This document shows, one piece after another, positions 49,829-59,082 of a stretch of 64,000 nucleotides of DNA. Source of the stretch: Eubacteriales bacterium (lineage in GTDB: Bacteria > Bacillota > Clostridia > Oscillospirales > CAG-272); NCBI GenBank assembly GCA_045653505.1, contig JAZOLZ010000037.1:25263-89262 (forward strand). The letters run 5' to 3'. Positions within the stretch are counted from its first letter, which is position 1; each line of letters starts with the position of its first letter. The notes beneath the pieces were generated by a model. The model had not been told where the DNA came from. It searched no databases and saw only the letters and a list, made by a program, of their open reading frames with translations. A program made the translations under genes and the position numbers.

Positions 49829-51268
49829 ATGGAATACGTTTTACCGATTTTAGGAATTGCACTGATTGTGCTTGTTGCGGTGGTGATAATAAGGACGCTT
49901 ATGTTCAAGCCGCAGCCCAAAAAAGTACGTGAGGTAAAGGCTGTTACGGTCAACACAGAAAAGGCAGTAAACGATCTCGCAAAGATGATAAAATGCCGTA
50001 CGGTATCAAGTGTTGACAAGGCACTTGAGGACGAGGCTGAATTTGATAAATTTAAGAATACGCTGCCCAAACTCTTCCCAAATATTTACGAAAAGTGCGT
50101 ATTTGAGGAGGTGGGCGACAGAGGTCTGCTCTTTAAATATGAGGGCGAAAATCACGATGCGCCTACGGTGCTTATGTCACACTTTGACGTGGTAAGCGTC
50201 GAGGAGGATAAGTGGGAAAAACCACCCTTTGATGGGGTTTTTGAGGACGGATATCTCTGGGGACGCGGTACTCTTGACACCAAAGGAACACTCAATGCCG
50301 CGATGCACGCACTTGAGGAGCAGATTAAACTCGGCTTTAAGCCAAAGCAGGATATATATTTGGCATTTGGCGGCGACGAGGAGATAAACGGCCACGGCGC
50401 ACCTATGATAGTTGACCTTTTTGAACAAAGAAAGATTACCCCCGGCCTTGTGCTGGATGAGGGCGGCGCTGTGGTACAGGGCGTATTCCCCGGAGTTAAG
50501 GCTCCCTGCGCTGTTATAGGTATTGCCGAAAAGGGTATGCTTAATCTTGAATTCTCATACAGCGGTAACGGCGGCCACGCCTCGGCGCCAAAGCCTCATA
50601 CTCCCGTAGGAATTCTCAGTAAGGCCTGCTGCGATGTTGAAAATCATCCCTTTAAGTTCCGTATGACAAAGCCTGCTTTGGCTATGTTTGATACACTTGC
50701 AAGACACTCAAGTTTTCTTTACCGTATGATATTTGCCAATCTGTGGCTCTTTAGCGGTGTGCTAAACCTTATAGGCAAAATGAGTGGCGGTGAAATGAAC
50801 GCGCTGATGCGTACCACCTGTGCCTTTACGCAGATGGAGGGCTCAAAGGGTATGAACGTTATCCCGCCCTCGGCAAAAATGGTGGCAAACCTAAGACTTA
50901 TTGAGGGCGATACAGATGAAACCGCTATGGAATATATAAAAGGCGTTATCAAAAACGAGGATATCAAACTCACCAAGATAAGCGGTATGAACCCCTCTGT
51001 TATCTCAACACTCGAGTGCGAGGGATGGGAAAGAGTTAAAAATGCCGTAGGCGACACCTGGCAGGATGCTCTTGTATCTCCCTACCTCATGGTTGCCTGC
51101 AGTGACTCGCGCCACTGGGGCAGGATAAGCGATAAGGTCTACCGCTTCTCCGCTATGGCGCTTACAAAAGAGGAGCGTGGCTCTATCCACGGTAACAATG
51201 AAAAGATCGGCGTAGAGAATATTGAAAAATCAATTGAATTCTACACAAGACTGATACTTGAAAGTTAA
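49829..51268 (+). CDS. M20 family amidohydrolase/peptidase (carboxypeptidase S / PM20D1-like), membrane anchored
   Basis: SHFDVV, WGRGTLDTKG, DEE, LDEG, GGHAS, IHGNNE; N-terminal TM helix. Confidence 0.88.
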   Translation: MEYVLPILGIALIVLVAVVIIRTLMFKPQPKKVREVKAVTVNTEKAVNDLAKMIKCRTVSSVDKALEDEAEFDKFKNTLPKLFPNIYEKCVFEEVGDRGLLFKYEGENHDAPTVLMSHFDVVSVEEDKWEKPPFDGVFEDGYLWGRGTLDTKGTLNAAMHALEEQIKLGFKPKQDIYLAFGGDEEINGHGAPMIVDLFEQRKITPGLVLDEGGAVVQGVFPGVKAPCAVIGIAEKGMLNLEFSYSGNGGHASAPKPHTPVGILSKACCDVENHPFKFRMTKPALAMFDTLARHSSFLYRMIFANLWLFSGVLNLIGKMSGGEMNALMRTTCAFTQMEGSKGMNVIPPSAKMVANLRLIEGDTDETAMEYIKGVIKNEDIKLTKISGMNPSVISTLECEGWERVKNAVGDTWQDALVSPYLMVACSDSRHWGRISDKVYRFSAMALTKEERGSIHGNNEKIGVENIEKSIEFYTRLILES

Positions 51269-51274
51269 ATTTTT

Positions 51275-51314
51275 AATAATAAAAAGGGCGGAAAAATCCG
51301 CCCTTTTTATTATT
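51275..51314. terminator. Bidirectional terminator
   Basis: AATAATAAAAAGGGCGGA-AAAA-TCCGCCCTTTTTATTATT. Confidence 0.9.
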
Positions 51315-51340
51315 TTTGTTATCTTTTGTTTACAAAATAC

Positions 51341-51853
51341 CTATTTTTCGAGAGTTTCGTAAAGATTTATAATTTCTTTATTTTGCTCTTTCGCCATACG
51401 TACTGTCTGCATAGAACCGCTTTTTTCATTACCTACATAGGCTATCAGAAGTTCGCATACCGAGGCAAGCTCCTTGTTGCGGCGGCGCATACAGTCTAAG
51501 GTGTATTCATCGCTGACATAACGTATTTCACTTGCGTTTTTAAGGACATACTCATAGGCATCCCTTTGTGCCTCGTTCCATTTTTTATCCTGATTAATAC
51601 AGGGCAAAATGAGTACAAGACGCACGTCGGTGTGGGATAGAGAAAAGCGAATTACCTCTCTTGCCGCAAGCGTATCAAAGCCGACAGCGCCGCCAACGCA
51701 AAAGGTGCGATAGCCGTCAAGATAGGCATATTCTATTGACTTTTGCAAAAGCTCTGTAAGCCTTTTTGTATGCTCCTTTTTGATTATACGGTGTCCTGTA
51801 AAGGAGCACACTCTGTCATTTTCAAGGACACTCAACTGTCTTATACCCATCAC
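51341..51853 (-). CDS. SLOG superfamily protein (YpsA/DUF1273-like)
   Basis: SFTGHR, GGAVGFD, CMRRRN, SGSMQT. Confidence 0.8.
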   Translation of the reverse strand: MMGIRQLSVLENDRVCSFTGHRIIKKEHTKRLTELLQKSIEYAYLDGYRTFCVGGAVGFDTLAAREVIRFSLSHTDVRLVLILPCINQDKKWNEAQRDAYEYVLKNASEIRYVSDEYTLDCMRRRNKELASVCELLIAYVGNEKSGSMQTVRMAKEQNKEIINLYETLEK

Positions 51854-53805
51854 TCAAGCTCAAATGCGCCGGTATAGAGCTGATAGTAGGTGCCTTTTTC
51901 TGCAATAAGGGACTCGTGCGAGCCACGCTCAATAATTTTACCGTGGTCAAGCACCATTATTACGTCAGAGTTTTTAACTGTGGAAAGACGGTGCGCAATA
52001 ACAAATACCGTCCTGCCCTCCATAAGTTTATCCATACCCCTTGATACTATAGCCTCAGTACGTGTATCTATTGATGAGGTTGCCTCATCAAGTATCATTA
52101 CGGGTGGATCCGCAACTGCGCATCTTGCAATCGCAATAAGTTGTCTCTGTCCCTGAGAAAGGTTAGCGCCGTTATTTGCAAGGAGCGTATCATAGCCGTT
52201 TGGCAAACGGGTGATAAAATCATCAGCGCCTGCAAGCTTTGCCGCCTGGATACACTCTTCATCCGTAGCATTAAGTCTGCCATAGCGGATATTGTCCATT
52301 ACGGTACCCGTAAAGAGGTTTGTCTCCTGCAAAACGATACCGAGAGAACGACGCAAATCGTCCTTTTTTATCTTATTGATATTAATACCGTCATATCTTA
52401 TCTTGCCGTCTGCTATATCGTAGAAGCGATTGATAAGGTTTGTTACGGTTGTTTTACCCGCGCCTGTTGCGCCGACAAAGGCTACCTTTTGTCCGGGCTC
52501 TGCGTAAAGGGTGATATCTCTAAGGACGGGTTTGCCCTCCTCATAACAGAAGTCAACCTCATGCATTCTTACATCGCCCATAAGACGGGTGTTGGTAACT
52601 GTACCGTCGCCGTGCGGATGCTTCCACGCCCAGATGCCTGTGTGAGTATCGCTTTCCTTGATATTGCCATCTTCATCAACCGTAGCATCAACAAGAGTAA
52701 CGTAGCCGTCGTCAACCTCGGGTGTTTCATCCATGAGCTCAAGAATACGTTTTGTGCCCGCCATAGCCATAACTATGGAGTTTATCTGCTGAGAAAGTTG
52801 GTTGATATTACCGGTAAACTGCTTTGTCATGTTAAGAAAGGCTACTACAGCACCTATGGAGATGACCGATATGCCCGTAATTGTAAGGTTTGGAGCCTGA
52901 AGAAGAAGTAATATGCCGCCTACCGTTGCGAGAACAACGTACATTATATTACCTATATTCATGATAATGGGGCCAAGCATATTTGCGCAAGCGTTTGCCT
53001 TATAACTGCAGTTGAATAACTGATCGTTTATATTGTTGAAGTCTGAGATAACACGCTCTTCTCTTGAGAAGACCTTAACAACCTTTTGACCGTTAACCAT
53101 CTCCTGAATATAGCCCTCTGCCTGACCTACAGTGCGCTGAAGCCTTATAAAGAACTTTGCGCTGTTACCGCCTATGGTCTTTGAAACGAAGATCATAAGG
53201 CATACCGCAAGGAGTAAAAGCAGGGTAAGCCATACAGAGAATGATATCATAATTATGAATACTGTTATTACCGTTATGCTTGCCCTTATAAGTGTGGGAA
53301 GCGAACGGGAGATAAGTTCTCTTAAAGTATCAATATCATTGGTATAATAACTCATTATATCACCGTGTTTATGGGTATCAAAATACTTTATCGGAAGCTT
53401 TTGCATACCGTTAAACATCTTACTGCGCATCTTTGAAAGGAAGCCCTGGGTGATAAACGTGCTGAGCTGTGAGTCAAGTGTAAGAGAAATAATAGAGAGA
53501 ACATAAAGAGATGCAAGAATGATTACCTTAGGCAGTATCTCGTCATTAAAGATACTCATAGCGACTTCACTGTTCCACACTCCGCTTTCCTTTGCCGCTT
53601 TCGTAAATGCGGTGATAGAATTTATTATCTGCTCCATAAATACAGCAGGTATGCTGGATATGATAGCGGAGGCAACTATACAGCATATAGTTACCGGTAC
53701 AAGCACCGGGTAGAAGGAGAATAGCATTTTAATAATTCTGCCAAGACCGCCGCTTTTACCTATATTTTGTGAATTTTTATTTACATCTTTATGCATTTTT
53801 GCCAC
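51850..53805 (-). CDS. Heterodimeric ABC exporter subunit with canonical Walker B and H-switch
   Basis: TMD plus GATGAGKT, LSQGQRQ, LDEATS, AHRL. Confidence 0.92.
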   Translation of the reverse strand: MAKMHKDVNKNSQNIGKSGGLGRIIKMLFSFYPVLVPVTICCIVASAIISSIPAVFMEQIINSITAFTKAAKESGVWNSEVAMSIFNDEILPKVIILASLYVLSIISLTLDSQLSTFITQGFLSKMRSKMFNGMQKLPIKYFDTHKHGDIMSYYTNDIDTLRELISRSLPTLIRASITVITVFIIMISFSVWLTLLLLLAVCLMIFVSKTIGGNSAKFFIRLQRTVGQAEGYIQEMVNGQKVVKVFSREERVISDFNNINDQLFNCSYKANACANMLGPIIMNIGNIMYVVLATVGGILLLLQAPNLTITGISVISIGAVVAFLNMTKQFTGNINQLSQQINSIVMAMAGTKRILELMDETPEVDDGYVTLVDATVDEDGNIKESDTHTGIWAWKHPHGDGTVTNTRLMGDVRMHEVDFCYEEGKPVLRDITLYAEPGQKVAFVGATGAGKTTVTNLINRFYDIADGKIRYDGININKIKKDDLRRSLGIVLQETNLFTGTVMDNIRYGRLNATDEECIQAAKLAGADDFITRLPNGYDTLLANNGANLSQGQRQLIAIARCAVADPPVMILDEATSSIDTRTEAIVSRGMDKLMEGRTVFVIAHRLSTVKNSDVIMVLDHGKIIERGSHESLIAEKGTYYQLYTGAFELE

Positions 53806-55534
53806 CTCCTATAGTCTGCTGCTCATAAATCTCACGATAGATATCACAGCCGTCCATAAGCTCACTGTGGTTACCCTTTGCAATTATCTTGCCGCCGTCC
53901 ATAACTATGATAAGGTCAGAATCCATAACAGATGCAACACGCTGAGCGATAATGATTTTTGTAGTATCGGGAATGTAGGATTTAAAGCCCTGACGGATAA
54001 ATGCGTCGGTTTTTGTATCAACAGCGCTTGTTGAGTCGTCAAGGATAAGTATCTTTGGCCTTTTGATAAGCGCCCTTGCAATACAAAGTCTCTGCTTTTG
54101 TCCACCGGACACATTACTGCCACCCTGCTCTATCCAGGTATCATAACCGTCGGGAAAGCTGCTGACAAACTCGTGTGCCTGAGCAAGCGTTGCCGCCTCG
54201 ATAATCTCTTCGTCAGTTGCATTCTCGTTACCCCACTTGAGGTTATCACGGATAGTACCTGCAAAGAGCAGATTTTTTTGTAAAACAACTGCAACGGCAG
54301 ATCTTAAAGCCTCAATATCATATTCCCTTACATCCCTGCCGCCTACGTATACCGCGCCCTCGCTCGCATCATAAAGACGCGGAATCAACTGGATAAGAGT
54401 ACTTTTTGAAGAGCCTGTGCCACCAAGAATACCAACGGTCATACCGCTCTTTATCTCAAGATTTATCTCAGAAAGCGCGTTTTTCTTTGCATTTTTGCTA
54501 TATTTAAAGGAAACATCCTTAAATTCTATCGAACCGTCTTTTATTTCTTTTATCGCGTTTTCGGGACTTACTATATCAAGCTCCTCACACAGAACCTCAT
54601 CTATACGGCGCATAGATTCTACAGACATGGTAAGCATTACATATATCATCGAGAACATCATAAGTGACATAAGCACCTGGAAGCCGTAGGTCAGCATAGC
54701 CGACATATGTCCTACGTCAAGGGTACCCTCTATGCCCGATGAGAGAATTATGCTTGAACCAAGGGTGAGCACAAACACCATATTGAAATAGGTGCATACC
54801 TGCATAAGAGGAGATGTAAGAGCCACAATTCTCTCAGCAAAGGTGAAGTCCTTGCGTATCTCGTTGTTTGCCTTATCAAACTTTGCCTTTTCATATTCTT
54901 CTCTTGTAAAGCTCTTTACAACACGCATACCCCTTACGTTTTCCTCAACACTCTCGTTGAGTTTATCGTACTTTTTGAATACCGCGCGGAACTTTGGCAT
55001 AGCAATTCTCGATATTATAAGAAGGCCGGAAAACAAGACGGGAATAACTATTACGAAGGTAAAGGCAAGCTGACCACCCATAATGAATGCCATTGTTATG
55101 GAGAATATCATCATAAGGGGACTGCGCACCGCGGTGCGTATCAGCATCATAAATGACATCTGCACGTTGTTTACGTCGGTGGTAAGACGTGTAACAAGCG
55201 AGGTGGATGAAAACTTATCGGTATTGGCAAAGCTGTATGACTGTATCTTTGCAAAAACATCACTGCGTAAATTTCTTGCAAAGCCCGATGACGCTTTTGC
55301 TGAGGTAAAGCCCGCAGCACCGCCAAAGCAAAGCGATATGATTGCCATAAGCGCAAGTATAAGTCCTGTTACTATAACCTCGCCTATATCGGCGCCGTCC
55401 TTTATGCTGTTAACAAGTGATGCCGTTATAAACGGTATGGCACATTCAATTGCCGCCTCACCTATCATCAGAAAGAGCGTGATTAGAGCCGGCTTTTTGA
55501 ATTCTCTTAGAGACGAAAGAAGTCTTTTAATCAA
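53789..55534 (-). CDS. Heterodimeric ABC exporter subunit with degenerate Walker B and H-switch
   Basis: TMD plus GGTGSSKS, VSGGQKQ, LDDSTS, AQR (TM287/TM288-type asymmetry); TTG start. Confidence 0.92.
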   Translation of the reverse strand: MIKRLLSSLREFKKPALITLFLMIGEAAIECAIPFITASLVNSIKDGADIGEVIVTGLILALMAIISLCFGGAAGFTSAKASSGFARNLRSDVFAKIQSYSFANTDKFSSTSLVTRLTTDVNNVQMSFMMLIRTAVRSPLMMIFSITMAFIMGGQLAFTFVIVIPVLFSGLLIISRIAMPKFRAVFKKYDKLNESVEENVRGMRVVKSFTREEYEKAKFDKANNEIRKDFTFAERIVALTSPLMQVCTYFNMVFVLTLGSSIILSSGIEGTLDVGHMSAMLTYGFQVLMSLMMFSMIYVMLTMSVESMRRIDEVLCEELDIVSPENAIKEIKDGSIEFKDVSFKYSKNAKKNALSEINLEIKSGMTVGILGGTGSSKSTLIQLIPRLYDASEGAVYVGGRDVREYDIEALRSAVAVVLQKNLLFAGTIRDNLKWGNENATDEEIIEAATLAQAHEFVSSFPDGYDTWIEQGGSNVSGGQKQRLCIARALIKRPKILILDDSTSAVDTKTDAFIRQGFKSYIPDTTKIIIAQRVASVMDSDLIIVMDGGKIIAKGNHSELMDGCDIYREIYEQQTIGGGKNA

Positions 55535-55573
55535 TTTTCTTCTCCTTTATTTCTTTTTTTCTATCAAAGAGAT

Positions 55574-55602
55574 ATTTTACCATATCTGTATCTTTAAGTC
55601 AA
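55574..55602 (-). promoter_or_regulatory. SigA-type promoter of ABC exporter operon
   Basis: TTGACT-17 nt-TAAAAT with TG extension. Confidence 0.65.
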
Positions 55603-55674
55603 TAAAATGCGACCCATTTTTTGTGTTTAAGTTTTAAATATTTTGTTAATATATTATTTTATATATCCGACCTA

Positions 55675-55703
55675 TTGACATTTAGGATTTTTTGTGTTAT
55701 CAT
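55675..55703 (+). promoter_or_regulatory. SigA promoter of the CNNM-lgt operon
   Basis: TTGACA-17 nt-TATCAT with TG extension. Confidence 0.75.
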
Positions 55704-55752
55704 ATCTACAATCATTAATCGCCCGGGTGGGTGAAATTTTATGGAGGATATC

Positions 55753-55878
55753 ATGAACGACGGTACTGATGCAGACGGGAATTGTTGTCTCTGTACTAGA
55801 CTTTTATTTAAATATCTAGGCTTAGTCACGCCCAAAGAGAGCATGGCTACGCCTTTTTTTGCTTTCTTGCGCGAATAG
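55753..55878 (+). CDS. Putative leader peptide MNDGTDADGNCCLCTRLLFKYLGLVTPKESMATPFFAFLRE (41 aa)
   Basis: GGAGG 5 nt before ATG 55753; TAG at 55876-55878; below the ORF-track size cutoff. Confidence 0.55.
   Translation: MNDGTDADGNCCLCTRLLFKYLGLVTPKESMATPFFAFLRE
55818..55860 (+). terminator. Attenuator-type intrinsic terminator in the CNNM gene leader
   Basis: AGGC-T-TAGTCACGC-loop-GCATGGCTA-C-GCCT followed by a T run. Confidence 0.6.
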
Positions 55879-55965
55879 CTGCACACAAAAAACAAGACGA
55901 AATAACACACTTTTCTAAAGCATTTTAATTATTTTTAGAGCTTTGCTCGGAAGGAACTTTTTTAA

Positions 55966-57222
55966 ATGGAAATTACGATAATTGTTTTCTGTGTGATTAT
56001 GTCAGCATATTTTTCAGCCACAGAAACAGCGTTTTCAACATGCAACAAAATACGACTTAAAAACATAGCCGAAAAGGGCAACAAAAGTGCCACCCTCGCG
56101 CTACATTTAAGTGAAAATTACGACAAGCTGCTCTCTGCAATACTTGTCGGCAACAACATTGTAAACATTCTTGCAACATCGGTTGCAACAATATTCTTTA
56201 TCAGACTGCTTAATAACGACCAAAATCTCGGCTCGACTATTTCGACGGTAGTTATGACGGTGGCTGTGCTTATTTTTGGTGAAATATCGCCCAAGAGCAT
56301 TGCAAAGAAATATCCCGAGAAGTTTTCTATGTTCTCTGCTCCCATTATGAGAGCGATAATGTTTATCCTTACCCCAGTTACCTTTATCTTCGGTCTTTGG
56401 CAAAAACTGCTCTCCAAAATATTTAAGGAAGATGATGAGCAGGGTATTACCGAAGAGGAACTTATCTCAATTATCGAGGAGGCCGAGGAGGACGGCGGTA
56501 TAAATGAGGAAGAAAGCGAACTCATCAAGAACGCTATAGAATTCAACGACCTTGAGGTTGGCGATATCTTTACTCCCCGTATTGACGTTACCTCTGTACC
56601 CTCAAATATCTCAAAGGATGAACTTGCTAAGGTGTTTGCGGACACAGGCTTCTCACGTCTGCCCGTATATGAAAAGAGCCCTGATAATATAGTAGGTATC
56701 TTCTACCACAAGGACTTCTTTAACACGGCATTTACCACAAAAGTAAGTTTGAAATCGATTATTAAGCCGGTTATATTTGTAGCGATGAGCATGAATATAC
56801 GCGACCTTTTGAACGAACTGCAGGAAAAACAGTTGCACCTTGCCGTTGTGCTTGACGAATACGGCTCCTGCGCAGGTATAGTAACACTTGAGGATATCCT
56901 TGAAGAAATCGTTGGCGAAATATGGGATGAGCACGACGAGGTTGTCGAGGAAATCAAGAAAATTAACGACAAGGAATACATTGTATCGGGTAAGGCAAAC
57001 ATAGAAAAGGTGCTTGATATGTTTGATATCACCGAGGAGCCGGATTCCTTTACCACTAACGGCTGGGCTATGGATATGCTCGGACGTATGCCCGAGGAGG
57101 GTGACAGGTTTGAATACCTTGGCCTTGAGGTTGAGGTTATCAAGACCGACGGACGTATTGTTGAAAACCTCAGAATCGTTGACACAAGAGAAGACGAGGA
57201 TGAGGAAAAGGATAAGGACTGA
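55966..57222 (+). CDS. CNNM/CorB-CorC ('hemolysin family') Mg2+ transport protein: DUF21 + CBS pair + CorC_HlyC
   Basis: SAYFSATETAF, GNNIVN, FGEISPK, FSRLPVY, DEYG..GIVTLEDILEEIVGEIWDE. Confidence 0.92.
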   Translation: MEITIIVFCVIMSAYFSATETAFSTCNKIRLKNIAEKGNKSATLALHLSENYDKLLSAILVGNNIVNILATSVATIFFIRLLNNDQNLGSTISTVVMTVAVLIFGEISPKSIAKKYPEKFSMFSAPIMRAIMFILTPVTFIFGLWQKLLSKIFKEDDEQGITEEELISIIEEAEEDGGINEEESELIKNAIEFNDLEVGDIFTPRIDVTSVPSNISKDELAKVFADTGFSRLPVYEKSPDNIVGIFYHKDFFNTAFTTKVSLKSIIKPVIFVAMSMNIRDLLNELQEKQLHLAVVLDEYGSCAGIVTLEDILEEIVGEIWDEHDEVVEEIKKINDKEYIVSGKANIEKVLDMFDITEEPDSFTTNGWAMDMLGRMPEEGDRFEYLGLEVEVIKTDGRIVENLRIVDTREDEDEEKDKD

Positions 57223-57248
57223 TTTTTGTCCTAAACTAAGGAGGTTTT

Positions 57249-58031
57249 ATGTTACCTAATCCTATTTTTCTTAACGTACATATGTACGGAATTATGATTG
57301 CGGCAGGTCTGCTCTGCTGCTTTATAGTACTCTTTACCTACTCAAAAAAGATGGGTATTGACGAAAAATTCGTTGACTTTGTGTTTTACACCGGTGTTGC
57401 CGCTATAGTTATAGGCTTTGGCTCGGCAACCCTTTTCCAGACCTTCTACAACTTCCTTGAAAGCGGAGTGTGGCGCTGGGGCGGCATGACCTTCCTTGGC
57501 GGTCTTATAGGCGGCGTTATCAGTTTCCTTATCATCTACTCTATATTCAAGTTTGGTCTTAAGCGTGAGATGAAGCTGTACAGAATCCTCTCACTTGTAC
57601 CCTGCTGTATCCTTGTGGCGCACGGCTTTGGCAGAATAGGTTGCTTCTTTGCAGGCTGCTGCTACGGCATTGAGACAGACTCATTTTTAGGAGTTAAGTT
57701 CCCTGCCCTGCCCAACCCCGTACATCCCACAATGCTTTATGAGGCGGCATTCCTCTTTATTATGTTCGCCGTTTGCTCCTTCCTTGTACTCAAGATAGGC
57801 TTTAGACACAATCTCTCGCTCTATCTTCTTTCATACGGCATCTTCCGTTTCCTTATTGAGTATATAAGAGGCGATGAAAGAGGCGAATTCTTCCTTGAAA
57901 TATTCTCCCCCTCACAGGTACAGTCTATAATTATGATACTACTGTGCGTGCCCGTATTCCTACTTATTGAGTACCTTTATCATATCGACGGTGAAAAGTC
58001 GGTATTTGATAAAAAAATCTCTCAAGAATAA
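57249..58031 (+). CDS. lgt: Prolipoprotein diacylglyceryl transferase (Lgt family)
   Basis: YGIMI, GGMTFLGG, GRIGCFFAGCCYG, HPTMLYE, YGIFRFLIEYIR. Confidence 0.8.
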   Translation: MLPNPIFLNVHMYGIMIAAGLLCCFIVLFTYSKKMGIDEKFVDFVFYTGVAAIVIGFGSATLFQTFYNFLESGVWRWGGMTFLGGLIGGVISFLIIYSIFKFGLKREMKLYRILSLVPCCILVAHGFGRIGCFFAGCCYGIETDSFLGVKFPALPNPVHPTMLYEAAFLFIMFAVCSFLVLKIGFRHNLSLYLLSYGIFRFLIEYIRGDERGEFFLEIFSPSQVQSIIMILLCVPVFLLIEYLYHIDGEKSVFDKKISQE

Positions 58032-58046
58032 AAAGGAGAAAATATT

Positions 58047-59051
58047 ATGAAAATAAAGAACATTTTAAAACTCATTCTCATAGCATCTCTTGCATTATCT
58101 ATTCTGTTCCTCGGCAGTTGTCAGATCCTTGACAGCCTTAAAAAGCAGGACAAGAAAGAGGAAGAAGATAAAACAGTCCTTGCAGAGCAAAGAGGCAGCT
58201 TTGATGACATAACGGTTGCTTATTTTGGTGAGAGTAAGGAAAAGGTTATTGACCTTGACAGAAAGGTTAAGAAAAACGGCACCGAAGTAACATACGAAGT
58301 ATCCTCATCAAACAAGAGTATAGTAGGCGTAAGCGAAAAGGACGGTGAACTTACAGTAACCGTAAAGGGTGTCGGTAAGGCAACCGTTACAGTCGACGTC
58401 TTCTCTGATGAAAAAGAGGCCTTTAGCGCAGAATTTGAGGTTACCTCAAAAAAATACACCAAAATAGCCTGCATAGGCGACAGTCTGACCTATGGTCACA
58501 CATGGACAGATGAAGCATATCCCGTTTATTTAAGCGAACTTTTTGCTGAACTTGACAGTGATATTGAGGTAAAAAATTTTGGTGTGAACGGCGCGTCCCT
58601 TACAGGCATCAAGCCCCAGAACAGCGCTCTTACAAAATATGAGGACAGCGCTAAGTATGACGAGAGCATTGATTATAACCCCGATATCGTTGTTATCCTT
58701 TTAGGAACTAATGACGTTAACGGCTGGGAGCTTGGCGCAAAAGAGGTATTCGTTGACAGATACTACGATCTCATTGCTACTTATACAAACAAAAATCCCG
58801 ATGCTAAGGTAGTTGTTGTTACACCTCCCACAGTTGAAGAGGGCAACTCACTCAATAAGCACAAGGGTATGATAGATGAAGAAATTTATCCTGCAGTCTT
58901 AAGCGGCGCTATGGGTGACTACTGTGTTGACTTCCACGCATTTGTAGAGAGCTTCAGTGGTGAAAAATTCCGCGAGGACGGTGTACATCTCTCCGCTGCC
59001 CTTGCAAACGAACTTGCAAAGCTTGTATACGATGCAATAGTTAGTATTTGA
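58047..59051 (+). CDS. Lipoprotein with Ig-like domain and SGNH/GDSL hydrolase domain
   Basis: Lipobox LGSC; GDSLT, NFGVNG, GTND, DGVH. Confidence 0.85.
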   Translation: MKIKNILKLILIASLALSILFLGSCQILDSLKKQDKKEEEDKTVLAEQRGSFDDITVAYFGESKEKVIDLDRKVKKNGTEVTYEVSSSNKSIVGVSEKDGELTVTVKGVGKATVTVDVFSDEKEAFSAEFEVTSKKYTKIACIGDSLTYGHTWTDEAYPVYLSELFAELDSDIEVKNFGVNGASLTGIKPQNSALTKYEDSAKYDESIDYNPDIVVILLGTNDVNGWELGAKEVFVDRYYDLIATYTNKNPDAKVVVVTPPTVEEGNSLNKHKGMIDEEIYPAVLSGAMGDYCVDFHAFVESFSGEKFREDGVHLSAALANELAKLVYDAIVSI

Positions 59052-59082
59052 TTTTTTTCAAATCTTTGTTTACATTTTAATA

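Noticed and set aside
53789-54450. Degenerate ABC motifs (LDDSTS, AQR) as a sign of pseudogenisation
   Set aside because: Normal degenerate site of heterodimeric type IV exporters.
55659-55910. 83-aa minus-strand ORF between ABC and CNNM genes
   Set aside because: No RBS, and it overlaps the + strand promoter and leader; the + strand uORF is better supported.
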